From: a virus
Strand: one strand, 5' to 3'
Virus genome (UHGV): UHGV-0092003
Length of the DNA stretch: 64,000 bases
Below, piece by piece: positions 1-8,900 of the stretch. The notes under the pieces were generated by a model. The model saw only the letters and a program-made list of their open reading frames with translations. It was not told where the DNA came from and ran no database searches. Position 1 is the first letter of the stretch, and each line of letters starts with the position of its first letter. The translations under genes and the position numbers were made by a program.

Positions 1-794
1 GTGATGACCTGTTCGCCATCCTGCCGTTCTTTAAAGTGAACAGCAAAGCATACCTGTACAACCGCGAAGCGACTCTGTCTGAAGCTGGCTTCATCGACGT
101 GAACGAAGTTATCCCGGAAGGCGCGGCGACCTTCACCGAGCATACCGCTAAGCTGCGTATTATGGCCGGTGATGTGGATGTTGATAAATTCCTGGCTACC
201 ACCATGGATGACACCAACAGCCAGCTGGCAATTCAGATCCGTGCGAAAGTTAAGGGTCTGGCTCGCGCATTCCGCCGCAACCTGATCCAGGGTGATGAAA
301 CCGTCAACCCGAAATCCTTTAACGGCATTGCTAAGCTGATGGCTGCTGACCAGAACATCGCGGCTAACGCTTCCATGACCTTCTCCATGCTGGACGAACT
401 CGTCGATGCTGTGAAAGATCTGGGCGCTGACTGTCTGATGGTTCGCTCCGAGCACCTGCGTGCTTACCGTGCGCTGCTTCGTACCGTGAACGCCGGCCCG
501 AGCGAAATCATGGTGGAGAACTTCGGTCGCCCGATGCTGACCCACAACGGCATTCCGTTCATTGTGAACGACTTTATCCCGGTCGCTGACGGTGCGGCTC
601 CGATTTACTGTCTGCACATGTCAGAAGAAAACGGCCTGTCCGGTATCTACGGCGGTGACAATGCCGGTATCGTTGTCGAGTCTATCGGCACCGTTCAGGA
701 TAAAGACGCAACCCGTACCCGCGTTAAGTGGTACACCGGTCTGGTTAACAAACACGATAAAGCTATTGCAGCTCTGAGCGGTGTTAAAATTTAA
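1..794 (+). CDS. major capsid protein-like, C-terminal part (5'-truncated at window edge)
   Basis: Reading frame is open back to position 1, with 252 aa visible. A strong terminator follows directly. It sits upstream of Ig-like and head–tail genes. Confidence 0.45.
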   Translation, partial: DDLFAILPFFKVNSKAYLYNREATLSEAGFIDVNEVIPEGAATFTEHTAKLRIMAGDVDVDKFLATTMDDTNSQLAIQIRAKVKGLARAFRRNLIQGDETVNPKSFNGIAKLMAADQNIAANASMTFSMLDELVDAVKDLGADCLMVRSEHLRAYRALLRTVNAGPSEIMVENFGRPMLTHNGIPFIVNDFIPVADGAAPIYCLHMSEENGLSGIYGGDNAGIVVESIGTVQDKDATRTRVKWYTGLVNKHDKAIAALSGVKI

Positions 795-802
795 CCATAA
801 AG

Positions 803-823
803 ATAAGTAAGAAATTACTTATT
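803..823. promoter_or_regulatory. palindrome ATAAGTAA-GAAA-TTACTTAT (family A operator-like motif)
   Basis: Perfect 8-bp inverted repeat with a 4-bp spacer. Same motif recurs at ≥15 intergenic sites. Confidence 0.5.
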
Positions 824-828
824 AATAA

Positions 829-858
829 GGGTGGGCTTGCGCCCGCCCTTTTTTTTGA
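829..858 (+). terminator. rho-independent terminator
   Basis: Stem GGGTGGGC/GCCCGCCC with loop TTGC, followed by T8. Confidence 0.7.
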
Positions 859-867
859 GGGAAAGAA

Positions 868-1311
868 ATGCCTGAACAAAAAATGAAAATCACGGATGAA
901 CAGTTTTCGGATTTCACAGGGACTATGTTCAACACCCCGTTTACCAAATCCATCTCTGATGTACCAATGACGGTCTATCGACAGAATCGGCTGACAGCCT
1001 GCTTCCAGTCAAAACCTTACCAAGATCCGCCGCCCGTGATCCACGTCCAGTCCGTTACTGTGGCGCCAGCGAAAGCGTCGGTCACTGTTGATGGCACCGT
1101 GCAGCTTGGAGGCTCAATTAAACCGGATAACGCAACCGACCGCTCATTCCATTGGGTGTCGGATAACACAGATATCGCGACCGTTGATTCTTCTGGTCTG
1201 GTGAAAGGCGTTGCCGCTGGCACTGTGAAGATCCGTCTTGTTGCTACCGATGGCTCCGTAACAGGTGAAGCCGTTGTTACTGTCGAAGCTCCGGCAGAAG
1301 CGGTTGTTTAA
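868..1311 (+). CDS. Bacterial Ig-like (Big_2) domain virion protein, possible capsid decoration
   Basis: β-rich ~80-aa Big_2-like segment (VTVAPAKASVTVDGTVQL…GTVKIRLVATDG). RNA hairpin at 1316–1337 downstream. Confidence 0.55.
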   Translation: MPEQKMKITDEQFSDFTGTMFNTPFTKSISDVPMTVYRQNRLTACFQSKPYQDPPPVIHVQSVTVAPAKASVTVDGTVQLGGSIKPDNATDRSFHWVSDNTDIATVDSSGLVKGVAAGTVKIRLVATDGSVTGEAVVTVEAPAEAVV

Positions 1312-1350
1312 TTTAAGGGCGCCAGAGGGCGCCCAATTTAGGGTACGAAA

Positions 1351-1776
1351 ATGAAAAGTGCAAAAGTCAAATTACTGGAATCAACCTTCAAAGGATATAC
1401 CGGTCTCCTGTGCGGTGTTCAGTTTGAAAACGGCGTGTCTGTGAAGGAGTTGCCATTTGTAGATCAGCAGCGTATTTGCGCTTCTATGCGTGCTGAGACT
1501 GTTGACGGTCGCAATGTTTCGGCGGCAGGCGCGTACAGCGAACGTTATGCAGTTACAGCGGACAACGTGAAAGAACATGTCGCTGAGCCGGTCGCTAAGA
1601 TGGAGCGTGGAACTACGGAACCTGGAGTGCAGATTTACACGCGTGAAGAGCTTGAAGCCATTGCTGATAGCGAAGGTATCGCGGGTCTTCGTCTTATCGG
1701 CGGCAATATCGGCGTTAAGGCCAAAGGCATTGTTGAGATGATCGATGGAATTCTGAAAGCACAAGGCGGTGTGTAA
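1351..1776 (+). CDS. hypothetical structural / head–tail joining protein
   Basis: Position between capsid and tail genes; ORF with RBS. Confidence 0.35.
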   Translation: MKSAKVKLLESTFKGYTGLLCGVQFENGVSVKELPFVDQQRICASMRAETVDGRNVSAAGAYSERYAVTADNVKEHVAEPVAKMERGTTEPGVQIYTREELEAIADSEGIAGLRLIGGNIGVKAKGIVEMIDGILKAQGGV

Positions 1777-2609
1777 TGGAGCAGCTTGGCGTTTATAAAG
1801 ACGGGGATGATGTCACGCTTCGCTTTTCTCTCGATGTGATGAGCGCAGTTTCAGCCACTTATTCTGTGAAGGACGCCAGCGGCAAAATCATCACATCCGG
1901 CGTGAATGTCCCGGTGACTGATGGGCAGATGTTTGTTGTAGTCACCATTCCGGGTTCAGTGAATGCACTGGAAGAACGTGAGCGCGATTTGAGACGCGTA
2001 ACGCTGTCTGTTGATGCTGGTGGTGTGTTCATCAACAAAGAACAGCAGTACATCGTTTTACGGAGTTTTGAGCTGTCCGTACCGGGGCAGTCGTTTATTT
2101 CGATTGCTGACGCGCAGCTGCAGGCCATCGATATGCTTAATGGCGGTAGTTTGCTGTCAGGTAGCGAGGGTGATTTGCGGAGACAGTTGATTGAGGCGAC
2201 GAGACGCGTTAAATCGATGTCGTTTTCCGTTCGTCGGATCTTCGGCATTGATTGGGACGATTATGACCGGCCGCAGAACATGCTGGCGACGTCAACTTTG
2301 CCTTTCCGCTGGGCGGGGCAGTATACCTCCGACATTGTCGACTGGAGCAAGCTCTCCGACGAGGACTTTATGGAGTTCCCTGAGAGTTTCCGTAGTGCTC
2401 TGGCACTGGCCGTCGTTAATGAGGCTAGTGAAATAGCTGGTGGGAATGATATCCAGCGAGCACGTGAAGATGGCATTGTTTCAGAGTCAATTGGGGAGAC
2501 AACCATTGCATACCGCCAGGGAAAAAGTGCTGTCTCTACAGTTTCTAGAACGACGTGGCGAATTTTGCTGAAGTACATGGACAATCGCGTCATCGTTCGC
2601 AGACAGTAA
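1776..2609 (+). CDS. hypothetical structural protein (277 aa)
   Basis: ATG overlaps the previous stop (TAATGG), suggesting translational coupling. Confidence 0.35.
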   Translation: MEQLGVYKDGDDVTLRFSLDVMSAVSATYSVKDASGKIITSGVNVPVTDGQMFVVVTIPGSVNALEERERDLRRVTLSVDAGGVFINKEQQYIVLRSFELSVPGQSFISIADAQLQAIDMLNGGSLLSGSEGDLRRQLIEATRRVKSMSFSVRRIFGIDWDDYDRPQNMLATSTLPFRWAGQYTSDIVDWSKLSDEDFMEFPESFRSALALAVVNEASEIAGGNDIQRAREDGIVSESIGETTIAYRQGKSAVSTVSRTTWRILLKYMDNRVIVRRQ

Positions 2610-2619
2610 GGCGGGTTAA

Positions 2620-2964
2620 ATGGATATTTCCTGGCAGGTTGAAGGTAGTCTGTATAAAAAAGTCGGCATGGATCTGTACGGCGAGGCTAAATATGAGTTC
2701 GCCGCGCCGGTAAAGATGGGTGTCGTGTCGTTCATTGACAGTATGGATAAGACGTCTGTTCGCGCGGATAGCGCGGCCAGTCGTGGTAAGGCGGAAATAG
2801 CGCTGTTCGATGCTGTTTTTATCATCCCGATCACTGCGACTGTCGATAAGGAAGATGTGTTGGTAGTCGACGGTAAAAAGCTGCGTATCGTTAGCATACA
2901 CCGACGATGGGGGCTTCGCGGTCGTCCGGGCCACTATGAGGTTGGGGCGAATATATGGGTTTGA
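2620..2964 (+). CDS. head–tail connector/adaptor-like protein
   Basis: Size and position only. Confidence 0.3.
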   Translation: MDISWQVEGSLYKKVGMDLYGEAKYEFAAPVKMGVVSFIDSMDKTSVRADSAASRGKAEIALFDAVFIIPITATVDKEDVLVVDGKKLRIVSIHRRWGLRGRPGHYEVGANIWV

Positions 2965-3449
2965 ATATAAATACGCTGAATCTGAAGAAGGCCCAGAGTC
3001 GACTAAGTAACAGCCAGAAAGCCTATAAACGTGTACTCGTCTCCGAAATGGCTAAGCTCGCGAAGGTGGCCCAGCGTATGGCGCGAGCCATGGCGCCGAT
3101 GGAAACGGGATCACTGGAGAATGCCATCTTTGCTCGTGTGGTAAAGCAGGGTTATGACAGTCTGCATATTGAGTTAAAGGTGGATGAAAGCCGGCCGCGA
3201 GAAAGTAATGGCAGTGTTCATGTCAAGCCTGGTACGACGGTCGGTGATTATGCGCTTTACATGGAGAAGAATAAATACAGGCTCCAGGCTGGTTCCGTGC
3301 TGAAACAGATGACCCAGAGTGGCGTGGATGGCCGTCGGGTTAATGTAGGGCGTCGATATATGGAGAGAGCCGTCGAGTACATCCGAAAGCGCTTTCCTGA
3401 AATAGTGGAAGACTCGGCCAGAAAAGCCGGATTTGTAAGGAGACGATAG
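2955..3449 (+). CDS. head–tail joining protein
   Basis: Start overlaps the upstream gene; position only. Confidence 0.3.
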   Translation: MGLNINTLNLKKAQSRLSNSQKAYKRVLVSEMAKLAKVAQRMARAMAPMETGSLENAIFARVVKQGYDSLHIELKVDESRPRESNGSVHVKPGTTVGDYALYMEKNKYRLQAGSVLKQMTQSGVDGRRVNVGRRYMERAVEYIRKRFPEIVEDSARKAGFVRRR

Positions 3450-3829
3450 TGTTTGTTGAAGGACTGGCAATGTACCTGGCGAAGAAAGGTGTTGGGAAAG
3501 CTGGATCAGATATTTTCATTGATGCTATGCCGCAGAGTGTAAAAACAGCCGTTATGGTGACGTCGGCAACCAGCGGTATTGCTGTCGACGATGAGCTGAG
3601 AGGGTTCTACTTTGACTCTATGCTGATTGTCGTGCGTGACATTTCTTTGGCGTCGGCTCAGAAGAAAATGCAGGTGATAAATGATTTGTTTCCTGTCGAC
3701 AATGTCACGTCAAAGAGTGTTTTTTTTAGGATGCTTCGACCCATGACACTCCCGATTGTGTATCCCCGAAATGATGGTGCTCTGTTCGAGATTGGGCTTC
3801 CTGTGGAATTTGCCGGGTATATGTTGTAA
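3449..3829 (+). CDS. tail completion/terminator-like protein
   Basis: Coupled start; precedes tube gene region. Confidence 0.3.
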   Translation: MFVEGLAMYLAKKGVGKAGSDIFIDAMPQSVKTAVMVTSATSGIAVDDELRGFYFDSMLIVVRDISLASAQKKMQVINDLFPVDNVTSKSVFFRMLRPMTLPIVYPRNDGALFEIGLPVEFAGYML

Positions 3830-3834
3830 CTTTC

Positions 3835-3863
3835 AGGCCGCTTTGCGCGGCCTTTAATTTTTG
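3835..3863 (+). terminator. rho-independent terminator
   Basis: Stem AGGCCGC/GCGGCCT followed by TTAATTTTTG. Confidence 0.55.
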
Positions 3864-3918
3864 TTGTCTGGCCGCTCGAACCAATTGAGTATAAAGAAAA
3901 ATAAATGGAGTGGTTTTA

Positions 3919-4368
3919 ATGAAAAAAACATTCATCGCATTAACACTTTCAGTGACCTTTCTTGTCACCGGCTGCGGCGAAGACAAAATGAAGGATGAGG
4001 CTGTTGAGTTTACGAAAGAAGCGATACTGAAGAAGCTGGCAGACCCGGAGTCGGCGTCCTTTTCTGATATCAAGTTCGTCAACACTAACGCTGAGAAGAC
4101 GCTCCCTATCGGCGAATATATTGTTTGCGGAAAAGTGAAGGGTAAAGATGCTCATGGAGAGGATTTTGAAACCGAGTTTTCTTCGGATTTGATGCTTGAA
4201 GTGTCAAAGTTTAATGACGAAAAAAAGGACTTCATGATCGAAGTTTTGCCTCGGTATAACTTTGACACCGGGATCATTGACCGCAGATACTATGATTATG
4301 AAATAGCCTGTTCAAAGGGTGTTGAAGCCTTCAAAAAGAATCGTGAAGAAAAGTCCTCATCCAAGTAA
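3919..4368 (+). CDS. lipoprotein moron (possible superinfection-exclusion lipoprotein)
   Basis: Signal peptide and lipobox LVTG|C. GGAG RBS 8 nt upstream. AT-rich gene set between two terminators inside the tail module. Confidence 0.5.
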   Translation: MKKTFIALTLSVTFLVTGCGEDKMKDEAVEFTKEAILKKLADPESASFSDIKFVNTNAEKTLPIGEYIVCGKVKGKDAHGEDFETEFSSDLMLEVSKFNDEKKDFMIEVLPRYNFDTGIIDRRYYDYEIACSKGVEAFKKNREEKSSSK

Positions 4369-4434
4369 ATCCTCGTGGGGGAGATATACCCCCACCTCAA
4401 AAAGTCTAAGTTGAATTCAAACTCCATCTCGATG

Positions 4435-4468
4435 TTGTAATATTGAAGTTAGTAAGTATATACTTACT
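4435..4468 (+). promoter_or_regulatory. candidate σ70 promoter (TTGTAA-18-TATACT) overlapping palindrome AGTAAGTATATACTTACT
   Basis: Palindrome at 4451–4468. The −10 lies inside the palindrome, upstream of the tube gene. Confidence 0.4.
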
Positions 4469-4512
4469 TCCTGTCAAGATGACAAAGCAACGGTAAAAGG
4501 AGTTTACCAACA

Positions 4513-5004
4513 ATGGCTAATACCCATGTAAAAAACATCAAATTAGGTGCCTGTGCGGTTTCATTCGCTGGCACCGATCTCGGTTACACCAAGGGCGGCG
4601 TAGAGGTTGAAGTCTCCACCGAAACCCTGAAAGTGACCGTAGACCAGCTGGGACAAACCACGATCTCTGAGTTGATTCAGGGTCGTAACATCAAAGTAAC
4701 CGTGCCACTGGCAGAAAGCGTGCTGGCGAACATGGTTAATCTGATGCCTGGCTCCACCATGTCCACCGACACCAAAACTCTGAGCATCAAATCAGCACAG
4801 GGTGTAAACCTGGTTGATGTGGCGCAGCAGCTGATCCTAACCCCGCAGGACGGCACCGACTTCATTCTGACCCTGCCGAAAGCCGCTACTGGCGGTAACT
4901 TCACCATGGCGTATAAGTCTGATGACGTTCGTGTGTTCTCTGTGGAGTTCAATGCGTACCCAGATGATACCGGCGTTTTGGGAACTCTTTCTGCCCCAAA
5001 GTAG
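4513..5004 (+). CDS. major tail tube protein (V-like)
   Basis: 163 aa. Directly precedes the Ig-like ORF and the G/T chaperone pair, in lambda V-G-T-H order. Confidence 0.55.
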   Translation: MANTHVKNIKLGACAVSFAGTDLGYTKGGVEVEVSTETLKVTVDQLGQTTISELIQGRNIKVTVPLAESVLANMVNLMPGSTMSTDTKTLSIKSAQGVNLVDVAQQLILTPQDGTDFILTLPKAATGGNFTMAYKSDDVRVFSVEFNAYPDDTGVLGTLSAPK

Positions 5005-5006
5005 CA

Positions 5007-5264
5007 GTGACGGGCGTGACCGTGGCGCCGACTTCGGTATCGGTCAAAGTGGGTGCAACAGCTGCGCTGACTAAGACGATTGCCCCGTCAAACGCAGATG
5101 AGCAAGGTGGGACATGGACTTCGAGCAACCCAGCTATCGCAACCGTCGACGCCAATGGCGTTGTGAGGGGCGTAGCGGTAGGTAGTGCGAAGATTACGTT
5201 TACCACTAAGGACGGCTCAATTGTGTCTTCACAAGTGACCGTAACCGTAACCGCTGCTTCTTAA
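5007..5264 (+). CDS. Big_2 Ig-like domain ORF, probably expressed as −1 frameshift extension of the tube protein
   Basis: Lies in the −1 frame relative to the tube gene. Slippery heptamer C_CCA_AAG at 4995–5001 sits two codons before the tube stop. The ORF lacks its own SD. Confidence 0.5.
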   Translation: MTGVTVAPTSVSVKVGATAALTKTIAPSNADEQGGTWTSSNPAIATVDANGVVRGVAVGSAKITFTTKDGSIVSSQVTVTVTAAS

Positions 5265-5275
5265 TAGCAGTCTGT

Positions 5276-5305
5276 AAGAGGGTTCAGGAGAACCCTCAGT
5301 TTAAA
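5276..5305 (+). terminator. hairpin/attenuator-like structure
   Basis: Perfect 8-bp stem GAGGGTTC/GAACCCTC with loop AGGA and a weak U-tract. Confidence 0.35.
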
Positions 5306-5317
5306 AGGATTTTTGAA

Positions 5318-5635
5318 ATGACTAAGTTACTGGATCTGGATTCCATTCTTCCGCCGAAAAAAGAAATCAAAGTGGCTGGAAAAACCTATGCCGTCGCGGA
5401 AATGACTGTCGGTCTGTTCGCCAAAGTTAAAGCCTTTGAAGGCAAAGACATCGAAGCTATGTCAATGCTGGATCAGGTTGAAGCTTATGCCGAACTGGTG
5501 GCCGAAGTCATTCCTGACGTACCAAAGGAAGTGATTAATCGTCTGAGAATCCCGCAGCTGCAGCAGATCTTTTCTTTCGCCATGGAACAGGCAGAGGAAG
5601 AGAACGAAGCCGCGGCCGGAGAAGACGTAAAGTAA
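5318..5635 (+). CDS. tail assembly chaperone (G-like)
   Basis: 105 aa with acidic C-terminus. Immediately upstream of the tape measure gene, with the −1-frame T-like ORF overlapping its end. Confidence 0.6.
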   Translation: MTKLLDLDSILPPKKEIKVAGKTYAVAEMTVGLFAKVKAFEGKDIEAMSMLDQVEAYAELVAEVIPDVPKEVINRLRIPQLQQIFSFAMEQAEEENEAAAGEDVK

Positions 5636-5991
5636 TTTCCCGCGAAGAGGAATCCGGCGTCGTCACTGTCTCGATAGACTTCGGATTCTATTTCAGCCGA
5701 GTTATTGCTTATTACGCCATTCCGCCGCGAGAGATTCTAAAGCTGCCGCTGGCAACCTTCTGGATGCTTAGCCGCAACATAGACCGCCTAAAAGCCGAGG
5801 ATGACCTGAGAGTATTCCAGGTGTCACGGCTTTCTCAGGCGGGGGCGGAAGACGCTACGGCGTTTATGGAGGGTTTGCAATACCGGATAGGAAGACCAGT
5901 CGTAACCGATAAAGTCTACGATCCATCGAAAGCAAAAGCAGACCCTGACGCCAAAGAGCAATTAATGGAAATCTTTGGAAAAATAGGATAA
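5539..5991 (+). CDS. tail assembly chaperone T-like frame (likely G-T −1 frameshift product; first ATG at 5764)
   Basis: −1 frame open from 5539 and overlapping the G end. No SD before ATG 5764. Ends 5 nt before the tape measure start. Confidence 0.5.
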   Translation, partial: SSENPAAAADLFFRHGTGRGRERSRGRRRRKVISREEESGVVTVSIDFGFYFSRVIAYYAIPPREILKLPLATFWMLSRNIDRLKAEDDLRVFQVSRLSQAGAEDATAFMEGLQYRIGRPVVTDKVYDPSKAKADPDAKEQLMEIFGKIG

Positions 5992-5995
5992 GGGA

Positions 5996-8900
5996 ATGTC
6001 CGATATTGTAGATTTTAAATTGACGTTGAATGACAAGGAGTTTTCAACGTCAATTAAAAACGCGGGAAATTTGTTAGAGACATTCGGTAAAACGGCCTCT
6101 AATAACTCCAAAAAAATGTCCTCTCTTGAACGGTCTGTCGTCGCCACAGGCCGTTCGTTTTCAGTTCTAAGCGTCTCCCTTGGTAAAGGCGCGGACAAAA
6201 TGGAAGACTTTGCGGCCGGCACTGAACTAGCCAGCCAAAGTCTTCGAGCCATCCGTGAAAACATCGCCGCCATCAACCGTAGTCTGTCCGTCTTCTCGAC
6301 GAGAGTAGATCAGACCAGCGGTAAAGTTGGTGCGCTGACTTCTGTACTGAAGAAGGCTCAGTCTGAGCTTTTGGATTTCGCTGATTTCGCGGATCACGCC
6401 GGCAAATCTGCCAAAAGCTTCTCAAACCATGCCTCAGACATGGGTAACACCACATCGTCACTGAACCGCCGTTTGTCGAACACCAGCAAAGTATTAGATC
6501 GCTGGAAGGGGACAACTGACAAAGCGGCAGACGGGCTTAAAAACGTTCGTGACCAGATGGATGCCGTCATCGATCGCCAGAAGTCACTGAGTGGGAGAAT
6601 CCTTGGTGGCGGTCGAGTAGGTGGCTCTGGCGGTGGCTCTGGCGGTGGCAGAGGTAATTCGGGTGGCGGTCATGGACGCTCTGAGAACGGTTTGTTCGAA
6701 GGGCTGCGAGGCAATATTTTCCTTCTGGGGGAAATTGGCGACGCTGCTCGAACCGTTAAAGAAATGCTGTTCGGATGGCAACAGCCGCTGATCGAAGCCA
6801 TGAGCAAGATGCAAAACACGCGCATCTTACTGCAGGGTCTGGAGAAGGACGCAAAGAATCCGCAGGATGCTGCCGAGAAAGACATGAACTTCATCATGGG
6901 GCTTTCGGAAAAGGTTCACGTTTCGCTCGATGCAGTATCTGATGCATTCGTGAAACTGAAGTCTGGCGGTATCGATCCAACGACGGGATCGCTAAATGCT
7001 CTGGTTAACTCCGTAGCTCAGTTTGGTGGTGATTCGGAAATCCTGAAGCGCGCGGCGATAGCGATTCAGCAGATGTCGGGCAAAGGCGTTATCTCTATGG
7101 AAGAGTTGCGTCAGCAGTTGGGTGAGGCTGTTCCTACTGCAATGCAGTCGATGGCCGACACTATGGGCGTCAGCATGGCGAAGCTCGTCAAAGACGTTTC
7201 TTTGGGAGCCGTTGAGGCGAAGTCTGCTCTTGATATGCTTTTCCTCGGCATGGAGATTGATAGCGCCGGCGCGGCAGATCGTCTGTCTCATTCGTTTACC
7301 GGCGCATTGGCTCAGATGCAGACGGCATTTATGCGCTTTTCCGATAATATGGCGAAGGGCGGGTATCTCGACGCATTGTCCGATGGCTTAAAGCAGCTAT
7401 CGACTTATCTAAACACAACCGAAGGTCAGTTATTCGCCTACAACTTCGGCCAGGGCATGACTGCTATCGTTAAGACATTGACGGACATGGCCTCGTGGAT
7501 TGGGAAGAATATTGAGCTGGTCAAAACCATTGCTCAAATTGTCGGCTTAGGCATGGGTTTCAAACTTTTGAAAACCATCGTTACCGGTTCACTAGGCACT
7601 GCTCTGGAGATGTTCTCTTCATTGAACAAGTCTCTTGGTCTGGCGACCAAAGGGGTGACGAGTTTCCTCTCGGTAACAGGCAAAATAGTTCAGGATATTC
7701 GTAACTTCGGTTTGTTTGCTGCGGCGGTGATTAACATCACAGAGGCCATTCGCGGCGCAAAAACTGCGTGGTTGGCGTTTACAACAGTTTTGCAATTTAA
7801 CCCTATCATCGTCGGTATCACCGCTGTTGTTGGTGTTGTGGCTCTTCTGGCGTCGACGTTTGAGAGTGTTTCAGAGAAAGCATCTGATGCGCTTGAGAAG
7901 ATTAAAGCCGTCCCGGAAGCGATGGGGAAAAATGAACAGGCTGCTCTTACTGCAAGATTAAACCAGCTCGACCTGGAAGAGGCGGATTATAAGCGCCGTA
8001 AGAGCATTTATATGTCTTCGACGCCAGAGCAGCAAAAAGGGTTGGCGAAGAGCGATAAGTTCAACATTGATAACATTAATGCCGGCCTGAAGGATGTGCA
8101 AAGTCAGCGTCAGGACATCCAGAACGCCATGGGTGGGGCGGTGGTTGCTGTTGCCAGTAAAGAGATTTCTCGCAACCTGCAGTCAGGTCTGAAGAAGATC
8201 GATGACCAGTTCACGAAAGACGCTGCCTCTCTTTCAACATCTGCCAAGGATTATCGTGATCGCTCAGATGCTATCAGTAATGATAAGTCACTAAGCAAAG
8301 ATGAGAAAAACAGCCAACTGGAGAAGTTGAACGCTGACCGTCAAAAGGGACTGATCGACGCGACTCAGAAGCGCTTAGAAGGTTATCAGAATCTGGTAAA
8401 AACGCTTCAAGATCAGAAGGCCAGTGTAGAGAGTCAGCTGAAGAGTGAAAGCTTGACGGCTGAGCAGAAAAAGACGCTCGATACAAAAAATATCGCACTG
8501 TCTAAGCAAATTAACGATCTGAACAACAATCAGGTTCAGATGGCGCAAGCAGATCTCGACCGTGCAAAAAAATCGATGTCTGGTGATACGCCGAAGCTGA
8601 GCACTCAGACGAAGACGGGTGATCGCATAAAGCTTATCACGGACAACGCGGGTAAAAAGGTTGGTGATTTCGTCAATCCAGATACAGGCGAAGCGCTGCG
8701 AGACCTTCTCGGGAATGTGATCACCGGCCAGAACCAGATGAGCGTAAACCAGCGCTATCTCTCGGCTGTAGGCGATAAGAAGTTTGACGACCTGAGTCGA
8801 TCTGAGCAGAACTCGATTAAAAAGGGTCTTGCCGATGCGGCTAAGGCCGACAAAATCGCCGCGGACAAGCGCCTTCAGAGCGCCAATATTGCTGCCTCTA

